Assembly: GCA_964585425.1 (NCBI GenBank)
Contig: CAZPDI010000003.1
Coordinates: 1 to 44,317 of the forward strand
Direction of reading: 5' to 3'
Source: an uncultured Candidatus Saccharibacteria bacterium
GTDB lineage: Bacteria > Patescibacteriota > Saccharimonadia > UBA4664 > CAYXHD01
Length of the DNA: 44,317 nt
In this document: positions 7,974 through 15,346 of the stretch, piece after piece
How the letters are laid out: the number at the start of each line of letters is the position of its first letter
How positions within the stretch are numbered: the first letter of the stretch is position 1
The notes under the pieces: generated by a model
Seen by the model: the letters and a program-made list of their open reading frames with translations, nothing else
Told to the model about the DNA's origin: nothing
The model's database searches: none
Made by a program: the position numbers and the translations under genes

Positions 7974-8738
7974 ATGAGTAAAACAATCACTACCACCAGC
8001 CTTAAAAAATTTAATCTGCGCATGGCTATTTTGCACGCGGTGCAGGCCGTGGCCATCGTCGTATTGAGTAAAAGCTTTAGTCTGCCTATTACCGGGAACT
8101 ACTTACGTTTCGATAACGTTACGCAATCGCTACAACCAGCCTCTACCGAGCTATTTAAGCTATCGCTGCCATTGTTGCTCGTGATCTTTTTTGTGCTGTC
8201 AGCACTGGCTCATCTGATTATCGCCACGATATATAACAAGCGCTATAACACAGATCTTAAAAATGGCATTAACAAGGCGCGCTGGATAGAATATTCGCTT
8301 TCGGCCAGCACCATGATGGTGGCTATTAGTTTGCTCGTCGGCATCTACGACTTGGTAAGTCTGGTAATGATCTTTGCCCTAACGGCCGTCATGAACCTCT
8401 GTGGTCTCGTTATGGAGGTGCATAATCAAACTACCAAAAAGACTAATTGGGTAAGTTATTGGATTGGCTGCTTGGCCGGTATTGTTCCGTGGTTTGCCAT
8501 TGCCTTTTATATGTGGCTGGGTGCCGATAAGGGGAGCGCTGCGCCAACCTTTGTATATTGGATCTTTGTTTCGATCTTTGTATTCTTTAACTGCTTTGCC
8601 ATTAATATGGTGTTGCAGTACAAGAAAATCGGGCCATGGAAGGATTACCTGTATGGCGAACGCGCCTACATTATCTTGAGCTTAGTTGCTAAGTCGCTGC
8701 TCGCCTGGCAGGTATTTGCCGGCACATTGCGTCCATAA
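7974..8738 (+). CDS. heliorhodopsin (7-TM, retinal-binding Lys conserved)
   Basis: Strong resemblance to heliorhodopsin 48C12 as I remember it: RWIEYSLSAS (counter-ion Glu), GCLAGIVPW, GERAYIILSLVAKSLLAWQVFAGTL (Schiff-base Lys). Confidence 0.85.
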   Translation: MSKTITTTSLKKFNLRMAILHAVQAVAIVVLSKSFSLPITGNYLRFDNVTQSLQPASTELFKLSLPLLLVIFFVLSALAHLIIATIYNKRYNTDLKNGINKARWIEYSLSASTMMVAISLLVGIYDLVSLVMIFALTAVMNLCGLVMEVHNQTTKKTNWVSYWIGCLAGIVPWFAIAFYMWLGADKGSAAPTFVYWIFVSIFVFFNCFAINMVLQYKKIGPWKDYLYGERAYIILSLVAKSLLAWQVFAGTLRP

Positions 8739-8757
8739 TATAACGGAGGAGGGGGTC

Positions 8758-9150
8758 ATGGCATATTTTGTTAAGGACATTCAAAAACTAACTACCGAAA
8801 ATACTGATTATCGGCGAGTAGTTTACACGGCCGACTACACGCAATTTGTCGTGATGAGCCTGCCGCCCGGAGTCGAGATCGGCAATGAGGTTCATGGACT
8901 CGACCAGTTCATTCGCGTCGAGAGCGGTAAGGCCAAATTGATATTGGATAATGGCGCTGAAGAGCATGAGCTAACTGACGACTGGGGTGTTATTGTACCG
9001 GCCGGGACATATCATAACCTTATAAATATTGGCGATGGCGATCTCAAACTCTACACACTCTATTCGCCACCTGATCACGAAAAAACTACCGTCCAGCCAA
9101 CTAAAGCCGACGAAGTCGAAGATCACTTTGACGGTCGAACCGATACATAA
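8758..9150 (+). CDS. cupin-domain protein (131 aa)
   Basis: ATG at 8758 is preceded by GGAGGAGGGGG. Cupin motif 2 PAGTYHNLIN (PxGxxHxxxN) and motif-1-like GNEVHGLDQFIRVESG. The track start at 8686 overlaps the heliorhodopsin gene and has no RBS. Confidence 0.7.
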   Translation: MAYFVKDIQKLTTENTDYRRVVYTADYTQFVVMSLPPGVEIGNEVHGLDQFIRVESGKAKLILDNGAEEHELTDDWGVIVPAGTYHNLINIGDGDLKLYTLYSPPDHEKTTVQPTKADEVEDHFDGRTDT

Positions 9151-9159
9151 GGGGATTTC

Positions 9160-9930
9160 ATGCAATCGATTAACCAATTATTAGACTTGCAAGCTAAAGC
9201 CGCCATTGTAACTGGTGGAGGTAAAGGAATAGGTAGGGGCATCGCGGCGCGTTTAGCTGAGGCTGGCGCCAAGGTTCTGGTGGCCGATCTGGATGAGCAG
9301 GCCGCCGTACAAACCGCCCAAGAGATTGGTGGACAACCGTTTCGTGTTGATGTTGCGGACGAAACTCAGGTTCAGGCCATGATTAACGCCTGTAAAGAGG
9401 CCTTTGGATCAGTAGACATCTTGGTAAACAACGCTGGCATATATCCACCCGCACCTATTGCGCAGCTTACTGCCGAGCAATTCGAAAACGTCATTCATGT
9501 AAATCTGCGAAGCGTTTTCTTAACTACCAAGTACGTTACCGAGATTATGAAGGCTCAGGGCGGGGGAAAGATTATTAACATAACCTCTATTGATGCCCTA
9601 CACCCTACGATGGTCGGCCTGGCGCATTACGATGCCAGCAAGCATGGCGTATGGGGCTTTACTAAAAACTCGGCATTGGAGCTCGCTGCGCATAACATCC
9701 AGGTTAATGCTATTGCGCCTGGTGGCATCGCCACGCCCGGGGTAGCGGCCATGAACCAGGGTGCTGCACCTAACGAGGAAGTCACCAAGGCGTTTTTGGC
9801 TAAAATCCCCATGCATCGCATGGGCGAGCCGGACGAAATTGGCAAAGTGGCATTATTCTTAGCCAGCGACATGGCTAGCTACATGACTGGCGAGCAAATC
9901 GTAGTTGATGGCGGCGCACTCCTTAGTTAG
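9160..9930 (+). CDS. SDR-family NAD(P)-dependent oxidoreductase
   Basis: TGGGKGIGRGIA Rossmann motif, NNAG, catalytic YDASKHG (YxxxK). Confidence 0.85.
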   Translation: MQSINQLLDLQAKAAIVTGGGKGIGRGIAARLAEAGAKVLVADLDEQAAVQTAQEIGGQPFRVDVADETQVQAMINACKEAFGSVDILVNNAGIYPPAPIAQLTAEQFENVIHVNLRSVFLTTKYVTEIMKAQGGGKIINITSIDALHPTMVGLAHYDASKHGVWGFTKNSALELAAHNIQVNAIAPGGIATPGVAAMNQGAAPNEEVTKAFLAKIPMHRMGEPDEIGKVALFLASDMASYMTGEQIVVDGGALLS

Positions 9931-10014
9931 GGGCATTTATGCTTGGGATAAGTTAAAAAATCAGAATATTACTATAGTGACCCAGGTAAGCAATGTTGAC
10001 TAAGGAGAAAACAA

Positions 10015-10452
10015 TTGAAAGAAGCTACATCCAAAGTAAAAAAAGCAGTCACAAGTAAACCGGCTAAAGTTGCTGGCCTTATACTTGTAGGTATTCTAGT
10101 TGGTGTAGCGAGCGGATATTTGGCATGGGGTCGAAAGGTTGCCAAGCGGGCCGCTTTCCCTAAAACATCGGCCGAAGTCCAAAAGCAGTTCGCTGAACGT
10201 CGCAAAGAACAGGCTGCGGCACAGGTTGAGCGAGTCAAGAAAATGGTCGAGACTGATCTTGATGCCAAACGGATTACCCAAAAGCAAGCCGACATGATCA
10301 ACAAAAAGATCGATGAAATAAAAGCCTATATCGATACGGCTGATCGAACGAGTGCAGAGGGGCGCGAAGAGCTCCGTAAAAAGCGAGAAGAATGGCGTGC
10401 ATGGGCCAAGGATAGCAACATCTCCTTGCGCTATATAGCGGTTAGTTATTAA
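10015..10452 (+). CDS. hypothetical membrane-anchored coiled-coil protein
   Basis: TTG start 7 nt after AAGGAG. One TM helix followed by a Lys/Glu-rich helical region. The antisense ORFs 9972..10304 and 10096..10518 are rejected. Confidence 0.5.
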   Translation: MKEATSKVKKAVTSKPAKVAGLILVGILVGVASGYLAWGRKVAKRAAFPKTSAEVQKQFAERRKEQAAAQVERVKKMVETDLDAKRITQKQADMINKKIDEIKAYIDTADRTSAEGREELRKKREEWRAWAKDSNISLRYIAVSY

Positions 10453-10467
10453 CGTAAAATTACCAAC

Positions 10468-10476
10468 TGCTATAAT
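10468..10476 (+). promoter_or_regulatory. extended -10 box (TGCTATAAT) 6 nt upstream of ATG 10483
   Basis: TATAAT at 10471..10476, spacer agacgt, ATG at 10483. Confidence 0.55.
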
Positions 10477-10482
10477 AGACGT

Positions 10483-10749
10483 ATGAATACGCAAGAAATA
10501 CAACAAGGTGTAGTCCATACCGTCCCCGAGGACCTTGAAGCGGCTCTTTTGGCAAGTCCTGCCGCCTTAGCAAAGTGGGATGATATTACGCCATTGGCTC
10601 GCAATGAATGGATATGCTGGACCACCTCTGTTAAGCAGCAAAAAACTCGTGACGAGCACGTCCAGCGGGTGATCCAGGAACTGATTGGCGGTAAGCGCCG
10701 ACCCTGCTGCTGGGCTGGTTGTATTCACCGTAATAAAGGGGATAAATAA
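10483..10749 (+). CDS. YdeI/OmpD-associated family protein (small)
   Basis: The pattern PEDLEAAL...W..ITPLARNEWICW......TR..R resembles the YdeI/OmdA C-terminal domain, recalled from memory. Confidence 0.55.
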   Translation: MNTQEIQQGVVHTVPEDLEAALLASPAALAKWDDITPLARNEWICWTTSVKQQKTRDEHVQRVIQELIGGKRRPCCWAGCIHRNKGDK

Positions 10750-10898
10750 GTATGGTACGAGTAATAATTATTGTTTTGCTGGCATTATTTTTAGTTGGTT
10801 CGATCGCTCCATTTTTGGCTCTGTAACGTAGCTGTTGGGAATCTCACAGACCTCCACCGCCTTTTATTGCTATGGTAAGGTCATAAAAGGAGTTCGTT

Positions 10899-11162
10899 AT
10901 GGGAATTATTGCCTGGATTGTGTTGGGTGCCTTAGCTGGCTGGATTGCCTCAATGATTATGAAGACAGATGCCGAGCAGGGTGCCATTGCTAACATTGTG
11001 GTTGGTATCGTGGGGGCACTTATCGGTGGTTTTGTAGTCGGTATGTTTGGCGGCTCAGAAGTGACTGGCTTGAATCTCTATAGCTTATTGGTTTCTGTGC
11101 TGGGTGCGGTCATCCTACTCTTTGTGTACAAGGCGCTTACCGGGCGTAATCGTACCGTCTAG
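10899..11162 (+). CDS. GlsB/YeaQ/YmgE-family (transglycosylase-associated) stress membrane protein
   Basis: MGIIAWIVLGALAGWIA... and Gly-rich TM helices are characteristic. AAAGGAG RBS. Confidence 0.8.
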   Translation: MGIIAWIVLGALAGWIASMIMKTDAEQGAIANIVVGIVGALIGGFVVGMFGGSEVTGLNLYSLLVSVLGAVILLFVYKALTGRNRTV

Positions 11163-11187
11163 AGGGTCCCTGTGCTAGAATAGGGGC

Positions 11188-11388
11188 ATGAGTAAAACTT
11201 CACATGCCCGTCATGAACACAAAAACCGTGAGCATTCAGAATCGCAGGAGATTGTGTCTGCGGAAAATATGAATCAAGATTTTAGTAAGCGCCATAAGGG
11301 TTTAATCATTGCCTTGATTGTAGTAATGATCATTGTGCTGCCATTATTGTTTGCGGCCGCCACATTGTTGCGCATGGTGAATTGGTAG
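11188..11388 (+). CDS. hypothetical small membrane protein
   Basis: TGCTAGAAT box lies 6 nt upstream of the ATG. One C-terminal TM helix. Confidence 0.45.
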   Translation: MSKTSHARHEHKNREHSESQEIVSAENMNQDFSKRHKGLIIALIVVMIIVLPLLFAAATLLRMVNW

Positions 11389-11391
11389 TCT

Positions 11392-12048
11392 ATGAAGGCC
11401 TATCGAGACTTTGTTGAACAGTATCCCGTTAAAACATTTCGTAAAGGTCAGACCATTCTGGAGCAGGGTGAGGTCCCGACATGCGGATACATTGTAAAAG
11501 CCGGTTTTGTAAAAACCTTTGATATTAGCCCTACGGGCGAGAGTTTACCACTTTCGTTTGATCATCAGTACGAGATATTGCCCATGGCCTGGGTATTTTC
11601 GCATATCGATAGTGCCCCGTATTTTTACGAAGCTTTCACCGATTGCGAGTTGTGGTGTGTACCGCGCGAAGACTTCATCGCGTTTTTAAAACAAAATGCT
11701 AATTCACAATTTCTTATCTTCGATTTCTTTGTTAAGCGCTACCTTATCACGCATCAGATGAAGATGCTGAGCCTCGAGCAAGCCAAGGCGACCGATAAGA
11801 TTCTGTATCTGCTTAAGTTTTTGACGATGCGATTTGGGGGAGATAAAACCGAAGGCGTCGTCGATATTGCACTACCACTTACGCAGCAAGATATTGCCAG
11901 TAGTGCTGGTCTGACGCGCGAAACAGCCAGTATTGAGCTTAAGCGCCTGGAAAAGCTTGGTATTATTTCGTATAACCGCCAGGACTACAGCGTTGATCTT
12001 ACCAGGCTCGACGAAGCATTAGAGTTTGGTCTGGACGCCGGTAACTAG
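11392..12048 (+). CDS. Crp/Fnr-family transcriptional regulator
   Basis: N-terminal cNMP-binding-like beta-roll and C-terminal HTH (QQDIASSAGLTRETASIELKRLEKLGII). Confidence 0.8.
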   Translation: MKAYRDFVEQYPVKTFRKGQTILEQGEVPTCGYIVKAGFVKTFDISPTGESLPLSFDHQYEILPMAWVFSHIDSAPYFYEAFTDCELWCVPREDFIAFLKQNANSQFLIFDFFVKRYLITHQMKMLSLEQAKATDKILYLLKFLTMRFGGDKTEGVVDIALPLTQQDIASSAGLTRETASIELKRLEKLGIISYNRQDYSVDLTRLDEALEFGLDAGN

Positions 12049-12230
12049 GCGTCGACTGTCTTTTTGTTCATAGAACGCAAACGCTCGACCTTCATTGCCC
12101 ATTTTGAGGCCAGTTCGTCGAGCATATCGGTCATGGTGTCATCGTAAATATCTATTTTTGGCATCGGGACACGCCGTTTGGCGATCTTTTTGATGCTATT
12201 TGCAGTCGTTTGGTAAGCTTTCATTTTCAT
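12045..12230 (-). CDS. hypothetical 61-aa protein
   Basis: Strong AAGGAGG RBS 5 nt upstream of the ATG at 12230. Convergent with the crp-like gene, with a 4-nt overlap. Confidence 0.5.
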   Translation of the reverse strand: MKMKAYQTTANSIKKIAKRRVPMPKIDIYDDTMTDMLDELASKWAMKVERLRSMNKKTVDA

Positions 12231-12349
12231 TGGGCCTCCTTAGATTATTGCTTCTTTAGTATAGATGGCCGCATAAGCGCTATGCAGTGAAGTGCCTAAC
12301 ACGGTGCCAATAGTTATACCATAAGTGGTATGTTTGCTATGATAGAAGC

Positions 12350-13705
12350 ATGTCATTATTTGTACAAAGCATACTCATTTTGCTCGCCATTCTGGTGAGC
12401 GCTCGATTTATTAAGCGCAAATCTAAATTTTTGCAGCGCATATCAATGCCTAGTTCGTTACTGGCTGGACTCATCGGTTTAGGTATGGGTCCGCAGGTAC
12501 TTAATCTTATTCCTGCGGAAATAACCAACTACTGGAACAGCTTGCCCAAGTTACTTATTATCGTGGTTTTCGCAGGACTCTTTTTGGGGCGTCATATTCC
12601 GTCGCGCAAAGATATATGGAAGATGGCTAGTGCTCAAATTGCCTTTGGCAATACCTTGGCTTGGGGGCAGTACGTAGTTGGTATTGCGCTAGCCGCGCTC
12701 GTATTGGGTCCAGTCTTTGGCGCTCCGCCACTCGCGGGCGCGCTTATAGAAATAAGTTTTGAGGGCGGTCATGGTACGTCGGCTGGTTTGGCGCCAGTTT
12801 TTGATAAGCTGGGCTGGTCGGCTGGCACAGATTTAGCCTTGGCACTGGCTACGCTGAGTATATTCGCGGCCATCATCTCCGGCATGCTCATTGTTAATTG
12901 GCATGAGCGCAAAACTGGCATTGATATTGATGAAGACGAAGAGCTTAAGCGGGAGCGCCAACGTATCCGCAGCGGCTATAATTTTAGTCGACTCGGCGAA
13001 AAAATCGTTAATAGTCCGTTGGTCGTGTTGCGCAGTATTTTGGCCTATGGCGCTTCCATTTTGTTGGGATGGATAATGTACCAAGGACTCATTATTTTAG
13101 AGGTTGTTACCCTGGATAAGTTTACCGATCTCCGTTTTATGCCCTATGTACCATTCTTCCCGCTGGCGATGGTTGGTGGCCTCCTGGTGCAGTTATTGCT
13201 CCGAAAGACCGAAAAGCAGCATCTTATTAGCCGACGCGTAGTAGAGATTATTGGGTCTATTTCTCTCGACATTCTTATTGCAAGCGCCGTTGCTACTGTT
13301 TCGCTTAAGGCCATTGCCTCAAACTGGGAGGTATTTGTTATCCTCGGTGTGGCAGGTATAGCTTGGATTTTATTTACCTTTTTTTACCTTGCCCCAAAAA
13401 TGTTTCCGGCACATTGGTTCGAAAAAGGACTTACCAATATCGGCCAATCTATGGGGACTACGGCAACGGGCTTTATGTTCCAGCGCCTTATTGATCCTGG
13501 TAACCGTACCAGCAGCCGAGAAAGCTTTGCCTATAAGCAACTGGTCTTTGAGCCATTTATGGGTGGGGGAATTATTACGGCCACATCGTTGGTAGTGATT
13601 AGCGAATTTGGTCTTGGGTTTGCCTTTGTAACGGCCTTCGCGGTGTTCCTTTTTTGGCTGATTGTTGGCTTGCGCATCGGTAATAAGGGGAGGGATAAAC
13701 TATGA
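12350..13705 (+). CDS. sodium/glutamate symporter-like permease (GltS/ESS family)
   Basis: Polytopic protein with two hydrophobic halves separated by a charged loop. The N-terminus resembles GltS (recalled from memory). TGCTATGAT box lies 6 nt upstream of the ATG. Confidence 0.5.
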   Translation: MSLFVQSILILLAILVSARFIKRKSKFLQRISMPSSLLAGLIGLGMGPQVLNLIPAEITNYWNSLPKLLIIVVFAGLFLGRHIPSRKDIWKMASAQIAFGNTLAWGQYVVGIALAALVLGPVFGAPPLAGALIEISFEGGHGTSAGLAPVFDKLGWSAGTDLALALATLSIFAAIISGMLIVNWHERKTGIDIDEDEELKRERQRIRSGYNFSRLGEKIVNSPLVVLRSILAYGASILLGWIMYQGLIILEVVTLDKFTDLRFMPYVPFFPLAMVGGLLVQLLLRKTEKQHLISRRVVEIIGSISLDILIASAVATVSLKAIASNWEVFVILGVAGIAWILFTFFYLAPKMFPAHWFEKGLTNIGQSMGTTATGFMFQRLIDPGNRTSSRESFAYKQLVFEPFMGGGIITATSLVVISEFGLGFAFVTAFAVFLFWLIVGLRIGNKGRDKL

Positions 13706-14733
13706 CGACACGTAAAAAAGCCTGGCCTTGGTTAATTGGCCTAGCTGTTTCGATCGCGGCCTTTGCGGTTTGGATTCCTGGACTAGCGGATACCGGGCTC
13801 ACGCTCTACTCGTGGTTTCCGCTTTTTGGTTTGCTCGCCTGGAGCCTAATGTGGACGCACTATATTAATGGCATTATGGTGCTGCGTTACGGGTTTTCAC
13901 GGAGTGTTACCTACAAGCGCGTTAGCCAGGTAATCGTATTTTTTTGCCTGTGGCTTCATCCCGGCCTGCTTATTTTGCAGCGCTGGGTTGATACGGGCAG
14001 TTTGCCGCCGCAAAGCCTGAGTAGCTACTTGGGGCAAAGCAAGCTCATCCTGATTGTGGCGGCCTTTGCGGCTTGGCTGGCATTCTTGTCTTACGATGTG
14101 CTAGTGCGCTATAAAAATCGACCGTTTTGGCAACGACATTGGTGGTGGGTGAGCCTTGCTCAAGCTGGTGCCATGGGCGTTATTTATATACACGCCATTT
14201 CGTTTGGGCGCCACATACAGGTTACGTGGTTTAAATTATATTGGGCGGTATTAGGACTTATTTTACTACCAATAATGGTGTATTTATTATGGGTAGAGTT
14301 ACCTGAATCAAGCAAACTAAAAGTAAGGATACGAACGAGCATGAAGAATACAAAATTGTTGGTGGCTGCCGGCATTGTTGGGCTGATTATAGTATCTATT
14401 GGCGGCTACGTGCTGATTAACGATAAAAAGGACGAGGCTCAGCAGTCTGCCGCCGCGCCAACCACTAGTCAGCAGGCTGCACCGTCAGGCTCGACTATTA
14501 CCTTGGCACAAGTCCAAGAGAACAATGGCAAAAATGGCAAAAAGTGCTGGGTTATCGTAGACACTACTGTTTACGAGATTAGTGGTTTTGCCCAGTGGGT
14601 GGATGGCGTGCATACTTCTTCTGGTGGTCAAGCTCGTTGCGGCAAAGATTTGACCAGCGTGATGGCTGATGCTCCGCATGGCCGATCGGTGCTTAAGCTG
14701 CTTACGGTCGTAGGCAGCTATAATCCTCAGTAA
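13702..14733 (+). CDS. membrane protein with polytopic His-containing N-domain and C-terminal cytochrome b5-like domain
   Basis: ATGA overlap with the upstream gene. The C-terminus KCWVIVDTTVYEISGF...GGQARCGKDLT...APHG matches the bacterial cyt-b5-like heme/steroid-binding pattern. Confidence 0.55.
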   Translation: MTTRKKAWPWLIGLAVSIAAFAVWIPGLADTGLTLYSWFPLFGLLAWSLMWTHYINGIMVLRYGFSRSVTYKRVSQVIVFFCLWLHPGLLILQRWVDTGSLPPQSLSSYLGQSKLILIVAAFAAWLAFLSYDVLVRYKNRPFWQRHWWWVSLAQAGAMGVIYIHAISFGRHIQVTWFKLYWAVLGLILLPIMVYLLWVELPESSKLKVRIRTSMKNTKLLVAAGIVGLIIVSIGGYVLINDKKDEAQQSAAAPTTSQQAAPSGSTITLAQVQENNGKNGKKCWVIVDTTVYEISGFAQWVDGVHTSSGGQARCGKDLTSVMADAPHGRSVLKLLTVVGSYNPQ

Positions 14734-14770
14734 TTTGCTATAATAAGCATAAGAGGAGTTAGCATACAAG

Positions 14771-15346
14771 ATGCCGCGTAAGCCTACCATTGGAGGAGAT
14801 GCTGGAACATGGGGAACTATCCTCAATGAGTATCTTGACGTATCTATTGATACTGATGGCACATTACGCGGCACGGCCGTATCGGCAGCCGGTGCCGAGC
14901 TAACGAGTAATAAAGATACCGACGGCACTTTGGCTGCCAATTCCGATACTAAGTATCCTAGCCAAAAGGCCGTTAAAACCTATGCCGATACCAAAGTAAG
15001 TTCCAGTGGCACGGCCACGCTCAGTAATAAGCGTATTACGCGGCGGGTAGTTACCGTGGCTCAAAGTGCCACGCCAAGTATTAATACCGACGCAACCGAT
15101 GTGGCCTCTATAACTGGATTAGCCCAGGCTATTACTTCGGTGAGTGTCAGCGGTGCACCCGTCGATGGCGATTTATTGATGGTTCGCATCACCGATAACG
15201 GTGTGGCTCGGACAATTAGCTGGGGTGGCTCTTTTGAGGCGAGCACTGTTGCCTTACCTACTACTACGGTTGCTTCAACAATGTTAGTAGTTGGATTTAT
15301 GTGGAATACGGCCACCAACAAGTGGCGCTGTATAGCGAGTGCCTAA
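14771..15346 (+). CDS. phage-tail-fibre-like protein (191 aa), no signal peptide
   Basis: GAGGAG RBS. The motifs GTWGTILNEYLD and DGTLAANSDTKYPSQKAVKTYAD are ones I associate with tail-fibre/minor-tail proteins (from memory). Confidence 0.5.
   Translation: MPRKPTIGGDAGTWGTILNEYLDVSIDTDGTLRGTAVSAAGAELTSNKDTDGTLAANSDTKYPSQKAVKTYADTKVSSSGTATLSNKRITRRVVTVAQSATPSINTDATDVASITGLAQAITSVSVSGAPVDGDLLMVRITDNGVARTISWGGSFEASTVALPTTTVASTMLVVGFMWNTATNKWRCIASA

Noticed and set aside
10752-10826. 24-aa hydrophobic mini-ORF (MVRVIIIVLLALFLVGSIAPFLAL)
   Set aside because: It is too short to support from sequence alone, and I recognised no RBS or conserved motif. It is noted only as a possible small membrane peptide.
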